A stretch of 64,000 bases of DNA from positions 60,076-124,075 of IMG/VR virus record IMGVR_UViG_3300024259_001450; one strand, given 5' to 3'. The DNA is from a virus. Taxonomy: Duplodnaviria > Heunggongvirae > Uroviricota > Caudoviricetes. Below are positions 27,395 through 36,995 of this stretch, in pieces (within the stretch, counting starts at the first letter, position 1; each line of letters opens with the position of its first letter). The translations under genes were made by a program, and so were the position numbers. Under the pieces are notes generated by a model. It did no database searches. It was not told the origin of the DNA and was given only the letters and a program-made list of their open reading frames with translations.

Positions 27395-28033
27395 ATGGGC
27401 ATAAGAGAAGCAAAAGAAACATTTAAAAATAAAAAACTAAAAAGAAAGATAGTTAAATTAGAAAAACTGTGGAATGATATAGGTGTTCATGAATATCATC
27501 GTTGGGGCACAAGACTTCTTAGGCCAATAGAATTGTTTGGTAAATTGAGTAAAGAAAAGCAGTTAGATAAATATAATTTATTGGATATAGGGTGTTATAA
27601 TGGTGTATTGTCTGTTATGGCAGCAAAGCATTTTAATAGCGTTATTGGAATAGAAAGACATAAAGATAGAACAGCAAGCGCTAGGATAACATTAAAAGAA
27701 CTCGGCAATTCAGGAAATTGTCGTTTTAAAAAGACAACTTTTAAGGCTTATGCCGAAAGGGGTTATTTCGCAAGACATGATATTAATGCGATATTGGCCA
27801 CACAGGTTTTGTACCATATGTCTACCGAAGAAATTGATTTATTAAAAAAACAACTAAAAAATAGAATTAAATTTGCGATGATAGGATCAAGGCCGAACAA
27901 AAACGCTTCACAAAATAAGTACGATTTAAGAACTACTGAATCTGTGCTTGAGATATTGATAAAGCCATATTTCGATAATTGGAAAATATATTATGAAGAC
28001 AAAAGGCATCCAATGATCGTCGCGGAAAAATAA
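27395..28033 (+). CDS. class I SAM-dependent methyltransferase (paralog family A)
   Basis: LLDIGCYNGVLS, IGIERH, TQVLYHM; start refined from 27374. Confidence 0.8.
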   Translation: MGIREAKETFKNKKLKRKIVKLEKLWNDIGVHEYHRWGTRLLRPIELFGKLSKEKQLDKYNLLDIGCYNGVLSVMAAKHFNSVIGIERHKDRTASARITLKELGNSGNCRFKKTTFKAYAERGYFARHDINAILATQVLYHMSTEEIDLLKKQLKNRIKFAMIGSRPNKNASQNKYDLRTTESVLEILIKPYFDNWKIYYEDKRHPMIVAEK

Positions 28034-28035
28034 TA

Positions 28036-28926
28036 ATGAAAAAACGCATTTTATGCATAGCTGATAAAGTCGGAAGAATACAATATAATCGCATGAAAAT
28101 GTTTGAGAATGTGATTAATGACTTTGATATAGATGTTATAACGATTAGACGGTCATTTGATGAATCAAAGTATGATTTAATTTATTATACTAGCTATAAA
28201 CATTTTGATCGTATGCCATGTAAGAAAAAATGCATTGCATCAATCACTAGTCATAAAGGTCTTCGTCCGAAATCAATCAAGAAGAGCTTTAAACTATTAA
28301 AAAAGTTTTATGGCATTTCTGTAAATAACCTACATTTGTATAAGGGATATATTGATGCATTTCCAAATATATACTATACACCGAATGGTGTGAATACTGA
28401 TGTTTACTCATTTAGAGAAAAACCTAAAAATGTTGTAACTACATTTGGGTGGGTTGGAAATAAGGATAGGTCGGAAAAAAACTACAAAAAGATTCTTTTG
28501 CCACTTAAAGAAAAATTCAAAAACAATCCAAATGTTAAATTCAAGATTGTTGCCCCGTCTAAGAGTGACAAAGTTGCAAAGTTGTTGACTCGTGAACAAA
28601 TGATAGAATATTATAGGTCTATTGATTTTCTTCTTGTGACAAGCACTACAGAAGGAACTCCAAATCCTGCTTTGGAAGCAATGTCATGTGGTGTACCTGT
28701 TATATCGACTATGGTTGGAAATGTAACTGAAATTATTAACGAGACTAATGGCTTTTTGATCAATACAGATGTACCCAGTTTCAAACACACTATAAAGTTA
28801 GCCAGCCGCATGACTGATAACGACTACAATATTATGAGCGTTAATATCGCTCAATCCATCAGGGATGGGTGGTCTTGGGCAGAACAAATAAAGAGTTGGA
28901 AAAAATTCTTTAGAGATTTCTTATGA
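28036..28926 (+). CDS. GT4 family glycosyltransferase
   Basis: TPNGVNT, FGWVGN, STTEGTPNPALEAMSCGVPVIST. Confidence 0.9.
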   Translation: MKKRILCIADKVGRIQYNRMKMFENVINDFDIDVITIRRSFDESKYDLIYYTSYKHFDRMPCKKKCIASITSHKGLRPKSIKKSFKLLKKFYGISVNNLHLYKGYIDAFPNIYYTPNGVNTDVYSFREKPKNVVTTFGWVGNKDRSEKNYKKILLPLKEKFKNNPNVKFKIVAPSKSDKVAKLLTREQMIEYYRSIDFLLVTSTTEGTPNPALEAMSCGVPVISTMVGNVTEIINETNGFLINTDVPSFKHTIKLASRMTDNDYNIMSVNIAQSIRDGWSWAEQIKSWKKFFRDFL

Positions 28927-29474
28927 AAATAGATAAATTTTTAAAAAGATATGATTTGTCTCGTAAAGAGATAAAGGAGATTGACCTGAGAGATACATAT
29001 ATGCAACGTACTCCCAATAGGTCTACAGATTACTTGTTGGCTATTGAGAAAAAAAGAACTCATCTTATGATCTTTTCTCCACATACAGAAATATTTTCTT
29101 TGTTACATCAGTTCGGCGAGTCTTGGATAGAAAAGGTATTTACTGATACCAGATACTATAAAATGGCTTCTGTGTTAGGCAAAAAAGACTTTCCTAAAAA
29201 ACTTAAAAAGATATATTATTCCATTAGAGACGGTTATTTACAAGGTAAATATAAAGAAAAATACATAGTGGTTCTTGAAGAGCCATTCGCAAAAAGCCGC
29301 TACTTGAGAGATGTCGAGGATAACGCACCAGAGATATTTTCTGGTCACCACAGAGTCGGTGCATTATTAGCGTTGAAAAGGTATAATGTTAAAGTCGTTG
29401 TGGCTGTTGACAATAAACCGGGTAGTAAGTATTCGCATGGAAAAATACATGATGTATGTGTCGAAAGGAAGTAA
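28923..29474 (+). CDS. ParB/Srx-fold-like protein (distant type, SGHHR)
   Basis: IYYSIRDGY...IVVL...EIFSGHHRVGALLAL resembles ParB/SerK box I and box II. Confidence 0.5.
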   Translation: MKIDKFLKRYDLSRKEIKEIDLRDTYMQRTPNRSTDYLLAIEKKRTHLMIFSPHTEIFSLLHQFGESWIEKVFTDTRYYKMASVLGKKDFPKKLKKIYYSIRDGYLQGKYKEKYIVVLEEPFAKSRYLRDVEDNAPEIFSGHHRVGALLALKRYNVKVVVAVDNKPGSKYSHGKIHDVCVERK

Positions 29475-29476
29475 AA

Positions 29477-30394
29477 ATGAGAATATTAATAATCGTTGAT
29501 AAATTCAATTGGGCATATCATGCTATCGCTAAAAATCTTGTGAAATATAATCCTAAACCAGAATGGAGATTGGATATAGAGAAGGCAAAAAAGAACAAGA
29601 AAAGAATAAAGAAAATATCTCATAAATATGATTATTTCTTTGTTATGGGCTGGCAGAATTTTCCTATAGTTAGTTTTTTACCAAAAGACAAAACACTCGT
29701 TGGAATACATTCTTTTCATTCATGGGACGAAAGAAAAACGACTCCAGAATTAAGTGCTATTCCGCCTGTAGAACTCATAGGAAACCTTAATGAATTTCTT
29801 GGCGTTAATGCCGTTTCTCAAAGGCTTACTGATTTGTTCAGAGGTTTGGGGGTGTCAAAGATTCATTATACTCCCAACGGCTCAGATATAGAATTGTTTA
29901 AGCCACCAGAAAAAAGACCTGATACTTTTTATGCTGGTTATTCTGGAACTAAAAAACACGATTGGCGTAAAGGTATTACAGAATTCATTTTACCAGCAAC
30001 GAAAAAAGCTGGTGTGCCATGTAAATTAGCAATGCATCATGATAAAACGGAAATTCCATCAGAAAAAATGCCACAATTTTATCAGCAATTGGGTTGTTAT
30101 GTTTGTGCCTCTTCTTCTGAGGGGTTTTCACTTAGCGTATTAGAAGCTGCCGCCTGTGGTGTTCCTGTAATCTCTACTCGTGTTGGCGGTTGTACTGAAC
30201 TAATTGCAGATGGTGTGAATGGATATTTAGTTGATAGGGATGTAGATGCTATTGCTGATCGTCTAAACATATTGAAAAATGATAAAAAATTGCAGAAATC
30301 GATGTCAGATAACATGCGTTCTATTATGGTTAGAGAATATTCGTGGAAAGACAGAGTGGTTGATTGGTTTGACTTTATGGAAAAAATATTATAA
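29477..30394 (+). CDS. GT4 family glycosyltransferase
   Basis: TPNGSD, KKHDWRKG, SSSEGFSLSVLEAAACGVPVISTRVGG; start refined from 29456. Confidence 0.9.
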   Translation: MRILIIVDKFNWAYHAIAKNLVKYNPKPEWRLDIEKAKKNKKRIKKISHKYDYFFVMGWQNFPIVSFLPKDKTLVGIHSFHSWDERKTTPELSAIPPVELIGNLNEFLGVNAVSQRLTDLFRGLGVSKIHYTPNGSDIELFKPPEKRPDTFYAGYSGTKKHDWRKGITEFILPATKKAGVPCKLAMHHDKTEIPSEKMPQFYQQLGCYVCASSSEGFSLSVLEAAACGVPVISTRVGGCTELIADGVNGYLVDRDVDAIADRLNILKNDKKLQKSMSDNMRSIMVREYSWKDRVVDWFDFMEKIL

Positions 30395-30397
30395 ATA

Positions 30398-30889
30398 GTG
30401 AAAATAGATAAAAATATAATTGTAATTGGTATCCCTTCGTGGAAATGGAAAAAGAAATTGTGTAGATATGCTCGTAAACATTTACATATTGTTAGATTTC
30501 CAATTAGTAAAAAATTATGCCATGAAAATTCTCGTCATTTTGAGGTATTACAGTTATTTGATAATGGGTGTATCGATTTTAGTGACACTGAATATTATAA
30601 ATTTAATATAGAAAATGGCAAAAGTAAAAAAGATGTAGTATCTAAAATACAATCATTTGAAGAACTATACAAATCTATTTGTTCAAAATATAAAGAAAAA
30701 AGTCCACCGATTATTACAGACGACGGTTGCAGATTGGATGGTTCTCATAGGCTATCGATCCTTGTTCATCTCGGGGTAGAATATGCCGATTTAAATGTTG
30801 TAAGCTATGAGTATTTGTTCTCAAAAGATAAATCCATGGAGATCAGAAAGCAAGTAAAAGAATACAGAAAGCAAGTTTACGGTTTATGA
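30398..30889 (+). CDS. ParB/Srx-fold-like protein (distant type, DGSHR)
   Basis: LYKSIC...PPIITDDGCRLDGSHRLSILVHLG. Confidence 0.6.
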   Translation: MKIDKNIIVIGIPSWKWKKKLCRYARKHLHIVRFPISKKLCHENSRHFEVLQLFDNGCIDFSDTEYYKFNIENGKSKKDVVSKIQSFEELYKSICSKYKEKSPPIITDDGCRLDGSHRLSILVHLGVEYADLNVVSYEYLFSKDKSMEIRKQVKEYRKQVYGL

Positions 30890-31539
30890 ATAAAAAAGAA
30901 TTGCAAAAAAAAATAGAGTCTTTTGGTAATGAATGGTATTATTATTACAATTTTGATGGAATTGAAGTAAGAAAAAGATTTCAAGACAGTAAAACTGAGG
31001 GGATAAATAATTGGGAAGATAAATTGAAGCCGATTATTGCTGAGATCGCCTCTAAATTCGATAATCCATGTCTATTTGACATTGGGTGCAATATGGCTCT
31101 TTATGCTCACGAAATGACAAAGATGGGCATCGCTACATTAGCTGGGGATAAAAACATAGAGATTGCTAAATTCTTTGCTCGTTATATAAGTGAAAATACC
31201 GATGAGGAATGGAAAACTTATCTATTAGAATATGATATTATTAATGCTGAAATGGTTTATCCAGATGTCGATATCGTTACTATGTTTTGCATGATTTATC
31301 ATTTGCATCCTTATGAGGAGCAATCATTTGCGAAATTATCCAGATTGTTTCCTAACCACAAATATGTTATTATGCAGGGAAATAAACCTCGTGTAAAGAG
31401 GAAGAAACGTCCACAACCTTTAGCCGGTGTGAAAGGTATGACCAAATTAATGAAGAAATATGGTTATGAAGTAATTGGCGAATATAAATGGGATGGCTAT
31501 CAGAAGCCAGTTGTTGTTGGCAGGAGAATAGGTGGGTAA
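30886..31539 (+). CDS. class I SAM-dependent methyltransferase (family A-related)
   Basis: LFDIGCNMA, TMFCMIYHL; N-terminal WYYYYNFDG resembles CmoB/DUF1698-like methyltransferases. Confidence 0.75.
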   Translation: MNKKELQKKIESFGNEWYYYYNFDGIEVRKRFQDSKTEGINNWEDKLKPIIAEIASKFDNPCLFDIGCNMALYAHEMTKMGIATLAGDKNIEIAKFFARYISENTDEEWKTYLLEYDIINAEMVYPDVDIVTMFCMIYHLHPYEEQSFAKLSRLFPNHKYVIMQGNKPRVKRKKRPQPLAGVKGMTKLMKKYGYEVIGEYKWDGYQKPVVVGRRIGG

Positions 31540-32095
31540 AAAAGATAAAACAAGAGAAGAGATTAAGTCAAAAGGCGTATCCGCTATAGGTGAAAATTGC
31601 CGTCTTCTTGGAGATATAGACAAGTATAATAGGCATCTTGTTGAAATAGGTAAGAATGTTATTTTGGGCGGCGATTCCATGATCGTATTACATGGTCCAA
31701 TTCGTCCATATCGAGAAAACAATAAAGTGATTATAGAAGATTATGTTTGGATAGGACGAAGAGCATTGATTCTTTGCGGTGTAAAAATTGGTAAGGCTTC
31801 TATTATTGGGGCAATGAGTTTAGTGTGTGGTGATATACCTCCATATATTGTGGCTGCTGGTAATCCATGTAAACCAATTAGAAAGATTAAACCGTTAGAA
31901 CTTTTAAGAACTTTTGCGATTAAAAAGGAGGGAACCAAACATTTGGGAGAAGGCCCACCCAATTGGTCTGTTGTGACTATGGATGACATTAAAGACCTTT
32001 TTAGTTATAAAACAAAAATGTGCTATGATATGAGATTGGATTTAGATAACATGACAGTAAATGACGTATTGACTTTTTATAATATATCTACTTAA
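31532..32095 (+). CDS. hexapeptide-repeat (LbH) O/N-acyltransferase
   Basis: VIIEDYVWIGRRALILCGVKIGKASIIGAMSLV..DIPPYIVAAGNPCKPIR; AGGAG SD with GTG start. Confidence 0.9.
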   Translation: MGKKDKTREEIKSKGVSAIGENCRLLGDIDKYNRHLVEIGKNVILGGDSMIVLHGPIRPYRENNKVIIEDYVWIGRRALILCGVKIGKASIIGAMSLVCGDIPPYIVAAGNPCKPIRKIKPLELLRTFAIKKEGTKHLGEGPPNWSVVTMDDIKDLFSYKTKMCYDMRLDLDNMTVNDVLTFYNIST

Positions 32096-32096
32096 T

Positions 32097-32630
32097 ATGG
32101 CAAGATATCAATACATTTTAGATAGACTCAATGAGATTGGATATAATGATGATCCTTTTGTGGTAGATTGTGCTTGTGGTTATGGGAAAGGTACAAAAAT
32201 ATTATCAGAGATAAAAGGATGTACTGTTAAAGGGTTTGATATATCTCCTAAAATTATTTCTAAATATGCTTCGTTTCAAGATATAGATGTCGCATGTGCA
32301 GATATAACATCTTTGCCTCTGAATGACAAAAGTGTAGATATTTTTGTTTGTTCTGAAACTTTGGAACACTTGACTGAAAAAGAAAGTATAAAAGCGGTTT
32401 CAGAAATATGTAGGGTATGTAAAAGCGATGCTGAAATTTGTATTACGGTTCCATTTGATAAGAGGAGTTTGAAAACAGGAAGTCATAAACAATTTATTAG
32501 TGAGAAAAAGATCAAAAAGATGTTTAATGGATACGATGTGTTACATTGCAGTTATTACAACTTGAAAAAAAGAAAGAAAACTAAAGGAGTAAAAGGTAAT
32601 TTAGTTATTATATTTAGGAAAAACACATGA
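32097..32630 (+). CDS. class I SAM-dependent methyltransferase (type 11)
   Basis: VDCACGYGKG, GFDIS, DITSLP, SETLEHL, ICITVP. Confidence 0.85.
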   Translation: MARYQYILDRLNEIGYNDDPFVVDCACGYGKGTKILSEIKGCTVKGFDISPKIISKYASFQDIDVACADITSLPLNDKSVDIFVCSETLEHLTEKESIKAVSEICRVCKSDAEICITVPFDKRSLKTGSHKQFISEKKIKKMFNGYDVLHCSYYNLKKRKKTKGVKGNLVIIFRKNT

Positions 32631-33277
32631 GTATTAGAGACATTGAAAAAGATTCAACAATTGTTATCGCTGGTTCTGGCGGCTCGATAAAGAAATATCA
32701 TTGGCGCATAACTGATTTTATAGAGAAAAATAATGCTAAAGTGCTTGGGATTAATTACATGACTAACTTATGTACTCCCGATTATCATCTGTGGACAAAC
32801 AAGCAACGCTATAGAGACTTGGGCGATTGTATTGATGATCGTTCGGTAATGATGTTTGGAGAAGGCATTTCAGAAGAGCTTATACGCAAACACCATCGAG
32901 GAGATTATATAACTATAGATTACATCGATCAAAAGGGGGAGAATTTTGGGTATAATGATGGTGTTATACGTGGGCATTTTAGAACGGCTGGCACTTTAGC
33001 TATTATGGTTGCACATGTAATGGGGGCGAAGAAAATACATATTGTTGGGATGGATGGGTATACTCTTTATAGTAGAAAGGAATTAGAAAAAGGTGATAAG
33101 AATCATCACTGCTACGGGAGTGGATATACAGATGACGCTAGTTGGGAAAAGTGTAAAAAGAAAGACAAAAAAGTATATAGTGCATTGCGCGGTTTACATG
33201 AATATGGAATTGATTTTGATATACTTACTCCCACTAAGTTCGAGGATTTTTATTATAAGGATATTTTGAATGATTAA
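32627..33277 (+). CDS. DUF115/Maf-like protein
   Basis: IVIAGSGGSI...LGINY and RTAGTLAIMVAHVMGAKKIHIVGMDGY; same fold pattern as 33-773. Confidence 0.6.
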   Translation: MSIRDIEKDSTIVIAGSGGSIKKYHWRITDFIEKNNAKVLGINYMTNLCTPDYHLWTNKQRYRDLGDCIDDRSVMMFGEGISEELIRKHHRGDYITIDYIDQKGENFGYNDGVIRGHFRTAGTLAIMVAHVMGAKKIHIVGMDGYTLYSRKELEKGDKNHHCYGSGYTDDASWEKCKKKDKKVYSALRGLHEYGIDFDILTPTKFEDFYYKDILND

Positions 33278-33920
33278 TCTTATTTATACTGGTTCGGCTG
33301 ATGGTCTTGCTTCTCCGTGGGGGAATTACAAACAAGACATCGATTTCGTTTTGAGTTGCGATCCATTGCATAGTAAAATGTCTAAGCGCAAAAACAAATT
33401 AGCAGGTAAACATTTTCAAACAGCTATATTTGATAAAGAAGAGGTAAAAACATTTTATGTTCTTAAGAAGAAAAAATGTTCTTCATTATTTCCTCCTGAT
33501 TATGAATTCATTAAAGAAAAATTCGGAGACATACCAAGGAAGTATGCAACGGTAGATAAGATTGAGATCGCTTGTTGTCGATTGGATAGTCTGATTGAAC
33601 AGTCTGAATCCATTGCTGGAAAAAGTATAGATTTCGATTTTCTGTTTTCTGATGTTCAGGGGGCAGATTTTAATGTAGTTAGAAGCATGGGTGATCGTAT
33701 AGGTGAATTAATTGGTTTACATTTAGAGTTATACTTGAAACCTTTTTATAAGGGAGCGGTTCTTTTTGAAGAAGCTGATAAATTTTTCAAAGAACAAGGA
33801 TTCACACTAGTCAAGAATTTTAGGAAAAATCCAGATGTATTTGATAATTTTTTGTATATCCGTGAAAATACCGCAAAAAAAGATAAGTTAAATTTTATCA
33901 AAAGAGTATATAAAATATAA
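33270..33920 (+). CDS. FkbM-like methyltransferase (divergent motif I)
   Basis: CRLDSLI, DFLFSDVQGADFNVV, LELYLKPFYKGAVLF; motif I reads IYTGSADG. Confidence 0.75.
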   Translation: MINLIYTGSADGLASPWGNYKQDIDFVLSCDPLHSKMSKRKNKLAGKHFQTAIFDKEEVKTFYVLKKKKCSSLFPPDYEFIKEKFGDIPRKYATVDKIEIACCRLDSLIEQSESIAGKSIDFDFLFSDVQGADFNVVRSMGDRIGELIGLHLELYLKPFYKGAVLFEEADKFFKEQGFTLVKNFRKNPDVFDNFLYIRENTAKKDKLNFIKRVYKI

Positions 33921-33932
33921 TGGTGATTTATA

Positions 33933-34592
33933 ATGGTAGAATATAAAGAAAAATGGAATAAGTATAAAAAGGGAAAAGTCAAATGGATTAATTCTCGTAG
34001 GGAACACCCATCTAGAGATAAGTTTGTCGATTTCGTCAAACATAATCATTCAGAAAGTAGTATTTTGGAGATAGGTGGAGGGGAGCTTATTGAGGCTTCA
34101 ATGATTTCAAGCCTTTTACCAAAAGTACAATACAATGTTGTAGATATATCAGATTTTTTCCTAGAAAATTGTAAAAAAGTCAAAGGCATTAAAGCCCATA
34201 AAGGTGACATGACTGATTTGCCATTCCATAATAAAGAATTTGATTTAGTATACATGTCATCTGTATTGGAACATTCACCTGATATTATCAAAACTATTGG
34301 TGAGATATCTCGCGTAAGTCATTCGTTTTATTTTTCATTATTTAAGTGGAAGATGCAAAGCGGGAATCTGAAATCTGAATATCAAACTAAAAAGAAGTAT
34401 TTTTCTACTTCTTTTAATATCGATGCATTGCTAGGATTGATCGGGGAGTATGGCGACATAAAAGAATCTGTAATTTGTTTTGAAGACGGAAGTGGTGAAG
34501 AAGATTTTCTGTCTTATAGAGAAAAGTTCGATTTAGATAATCACCGCACTTCGGATTATTTAATGATATCTGGTTTGTGGAATTCTGAATGA
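33933..34592 (+). CDS. class I SAM-dependent methyltransferase (type 11)
   Basis: ILEIGGG, VVDIS, GDMTDLPF..KEFDLV, SVLEHS. Confidence 0.85.
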   Translation: MVEYKEKWNKYKKGKVKWINSRREHPSRDKFVDFVKHNHSESSILEIGGGELIEASMISSLLPKVQYNVVDISDFFLENCKKVKGIKAHKGDMTDLPFHNKEFDLVYMSSVLEHSPDIIKTIGEISRVSHSFYFSLFKWKMQSGNLKSEYQTKKKYFSTSFNIDALLGLIGEYGDIKESVICFEDGSGEEDFLSYREKFDLDNHRTSDYLMISGLWNSE

Positions 34593-34611
34593 TACAAAGA
34601 AAGGAGTAATT

Positions 34612-35379
34612 ATGACAATTATTTTCACACACATACAAAAAACATCTGGGACTTCTGTAAACCATATATTGAAATCTCAACCTGACATTAGTATCTGGAG
34701 TAGACAAAAAACTGATTACAAACCAGATATAGTTACTGGTCATGCTCCATTTGGCATACATAGAAAGCTTGGCATCACTGATCCATCTTACTTTACTTTT
34801 TTGCGGAACCCAATAGACAGGTGGATTTCTCAATTTAATCATGGCATAATGAGACGCAGACAATATTCTTTTGCGTACAGTATATTTCGACAATTAAATG
34901 AAGATGTTAATTCTTATCTACAATGGTGTCTCGATAGAGAGTCTTCATGCAATATCATGGTAAAACAATTGGCCGGTACTGAATCACTGTCGAACACTAT
35001 ACAGTGGGAAGCTGGGGCAAAAATAGATAGGGACTTTGGTTACTATCAGATGTTTGGATGGGCTGGAAGACATAAAAAACATTCAGGTTTGGAGATGAAA
35101 AAAATGCTTGAGCAAGCAAAAAAGAATCTTATAGAGGAATATGATTTTGTCGGTTTTCAAAGCGTAGCGGCAGAATCACAAAAAAAACTATGTCAATTCT
35201 ATGATTTAGAATTCGATGGTGAGGAAATCATGCGACGAGTCGCCAGCGAAAAGTTTCCAATTGATATGCACGACGAAAAAACAAAAAAGTTGTTAAACGA
35301 AGTCAATCGTTATGACATAGAATTGTATAAGTTTGCCATAGAAGAGATAAGGGACAAACGGTATGAATCATCCAACTGA
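34612..35379 (+). CDS. sulfotransferase family protein (Sulfotransfer_2-like)
   Basis: 5'-PSB motif FTHIQKTSGTS; 3'-PB motif FLRNPIDRWISQF; C-terminal N.YDIELY. Confidence 0.85.
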   Translation: MTIIFTHIQKTSGTSVNHILKSQPDISIWSRQKTDYKPDIVTGHAPFGIHRKLGITDPSYFTFLRNPIDRWISQFNHGIMRRRQYSFAYSIFRQLNEDVNSYLQWCLDRESSCNIMVKQLAGTESLSNTIQWEAGAKIDRDFGYYQMFGWAGRHKKHSGLEMKKMLEQAKKNLIEEYDFVGFQSVAAESQKKLCQFYDLEFDGEEIMRRVASEKFPIDMHDEKTKKLLNEVNRYDIELYKFAIEEIRDKRYESSN

Positions 35380-35995
35380 AATTTGGAAAAATGATTTTGG
35401 TAACAAATATTTTGACAGAAACCCAGTTAGTGTTGATGCACTGAATGAATTGTACATGAAAAACTTTGGCATCAATAGAACTGATTTGAATGAAGAGATT
35501 ATTGGTAGTTTAGACAGGTCTATCAAGATTCTAGAGGTCGGATGCGGAACAGGTGTACAACTAATGGCATTACAATCAATGGGTTTTCACAATCTTTATG
35601 GCGTAGAAGTTAATAGGTATGCTATAGAGTCGTCAAAAGAATATCTTAAAGATATTGATATCGTATATGGAGATGTAAAAGATATACCATTTAAAGATGG
35701 TTTTTTCGATTTAGTATTTACGTCTGGTCTATTGATCCATATACCTACTGTTGATATGTCACAATGTCTGAATGAAATTTGTAGATGTAGCAATCGTTAT
35801 ATTTGGGGTTATGAGTATTATGCGGATGATCATCAACATATAGATTATAGAGGACAGCATGATTTTCTTTGGAAAGGAAATTTTTTACAATTTTATCTAG
35901 ATTCAGTTGAAAATCTTACCATCGCCAAGTCGAAAAAGATTGCATACGAAGACGGCGATAATACAGACATAATGTTTCTGCTTGAGAAAGGGTAA
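35363..35995 (+). CDS. pseudaminic acid biosynthesis-associated methylase
   Basis: WKNDFGNKYFDRN, ILEVGCGTG, GVEVN, FTSGLLIHIP, EYY, LWKGNF; directly upstream of pseB. Confidence 0.85.
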   Translation: MNHPTEIWKNDFGNKYFDRNPVSVDALNELYMKNFGINRTDLNEEIIGSLDRSIKILEVGCGTGVQLMALQSMGFHNLYGVEVNRYAIESSKEYLKDIDIVYGDVKDIPFKDGFFDLVFTSGLLIHIPTVDMSQCLNEICRCSNRYIWGYEYYADDHQHIDYRGQHDFLWKGNFLQFYLDSVENLTIAKSKKIAYEDGDNTDIMFLLEKG

Positions 35996-35996
35996 T

Positions 35997-36995
35997 ATGT
36001 TAACAAATAAAACAATTTTAATCACAGGCGGAACTGGTTCTTTTGGCACGGCGTTTGTTAAAAGGCTATTATCTAAGCATTGTCTTCATAAAATTATAAT
36101 ATATTCACGAGATGAATATAAACAATATGTAATGCAAAAGAAATTTGAAGAGCTTGACACGAATGAAGTATTAAGATTCTTTGTGGGAGATGTTAGGGAT
36201 AAGACAAGAATGCATAGAGCATTCGAAGAAGTGGATTATGTAGTTCACGCCGCTGCTCTTAAACAAGTTCCTGCATTGGAATATAATCCTACAGAGGCTG
36301 TAAAAACGAATATCAATGGGGCGAATAACATTATAGATGTAGCAATCGACACAGGGATAAAAAAAGTTATCTCTCTATCTACCGATAAGGCGGTCAATCC
36401 TGTCAACCTATATGGAGCGACTAAGCTTGTCGCTGAAAAGCTATTCGTTGCTGCTAACGATTATGCTGGTCGTAGGGTTAAGTTCTCTTCTGTACGTTAT
36501 GGTAACGTGGTAGGATCAAGAGGAAGTGTAATACCATTCTTCTTGGGACTCAAGAAAAAAGGCATTAGAGAATTCCCGGTAACAGACCCAGACATGACAC
36601 GCTTTTGGATCACATTGGATCAGGCTGTGGACTTGGTTATTTTTGCGATCAATGAAAGTGACGGTGGTGAAATATTTGTTCCTAAGATTCCATCTATGAA
36701 AATGTTAGATTTAGCCAAATCAATTGATCCACATTGTTCAATAAAAGTTCTTGGAATTCGACCTGGCGAAAAGATACACGAGAAACTCATTTCAATAGAC
36801 GAAGCTCGTGCTACTAAAATATATAAAGATACATATGTGGTCTTGCCGCAGTTCTTTAAAGGCGGATTGTCGTCTAAAAAATATGATGGTTTTTCATCTG
36901 TGGGACAAACTTTTGAATTCACTAGTGACAAAAATGATAATTGGCTTTCTCCGCGACAACTAAATGAAATTATAGAGAAATTAGATTATGTCTAA
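35997..36995 (+). CDS. pseB: UDP-N-acetylglucosamine 4,6-dehydratase (inverting)
   Basis: ITGGTGSFG, SRDEYKQ, HAAALKQVP, STDKAVNPVNLYGATK, RYGNVVGSRGSVIP, MTRFWITL, GIRPGEKIHE. Confidence 0.95.
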   Translation: MLTNKTILITGGTGSFGTAFVKRLLSKHCLHKIIIYSRDEYKQYVMQKKFEELDTNEVLRFFVGDVRDKTRMHRAFEEVDYVVHAAALKQVPALEYNPTEAVKTNINGANNIIDVAIDTGIKKVISLSTDKAVNPVNLYGATKLVAEKLFVAANDYAGRRVKFSSVRYGNVVGSRGSVIPFFLGLKKKGIREFPVTDPDMTRFWITLDQAVDLVIFAINESDGGEIFVPKIPSMKMLDLAKSIDPHCSIKVLGIRPGEKIHEKLISIDEARATKIYKDTYVVLPQFFKGGLSSKKYDGFSSVGQTFEFTSDKNDNWLSPRQLNEIIEKLDYV

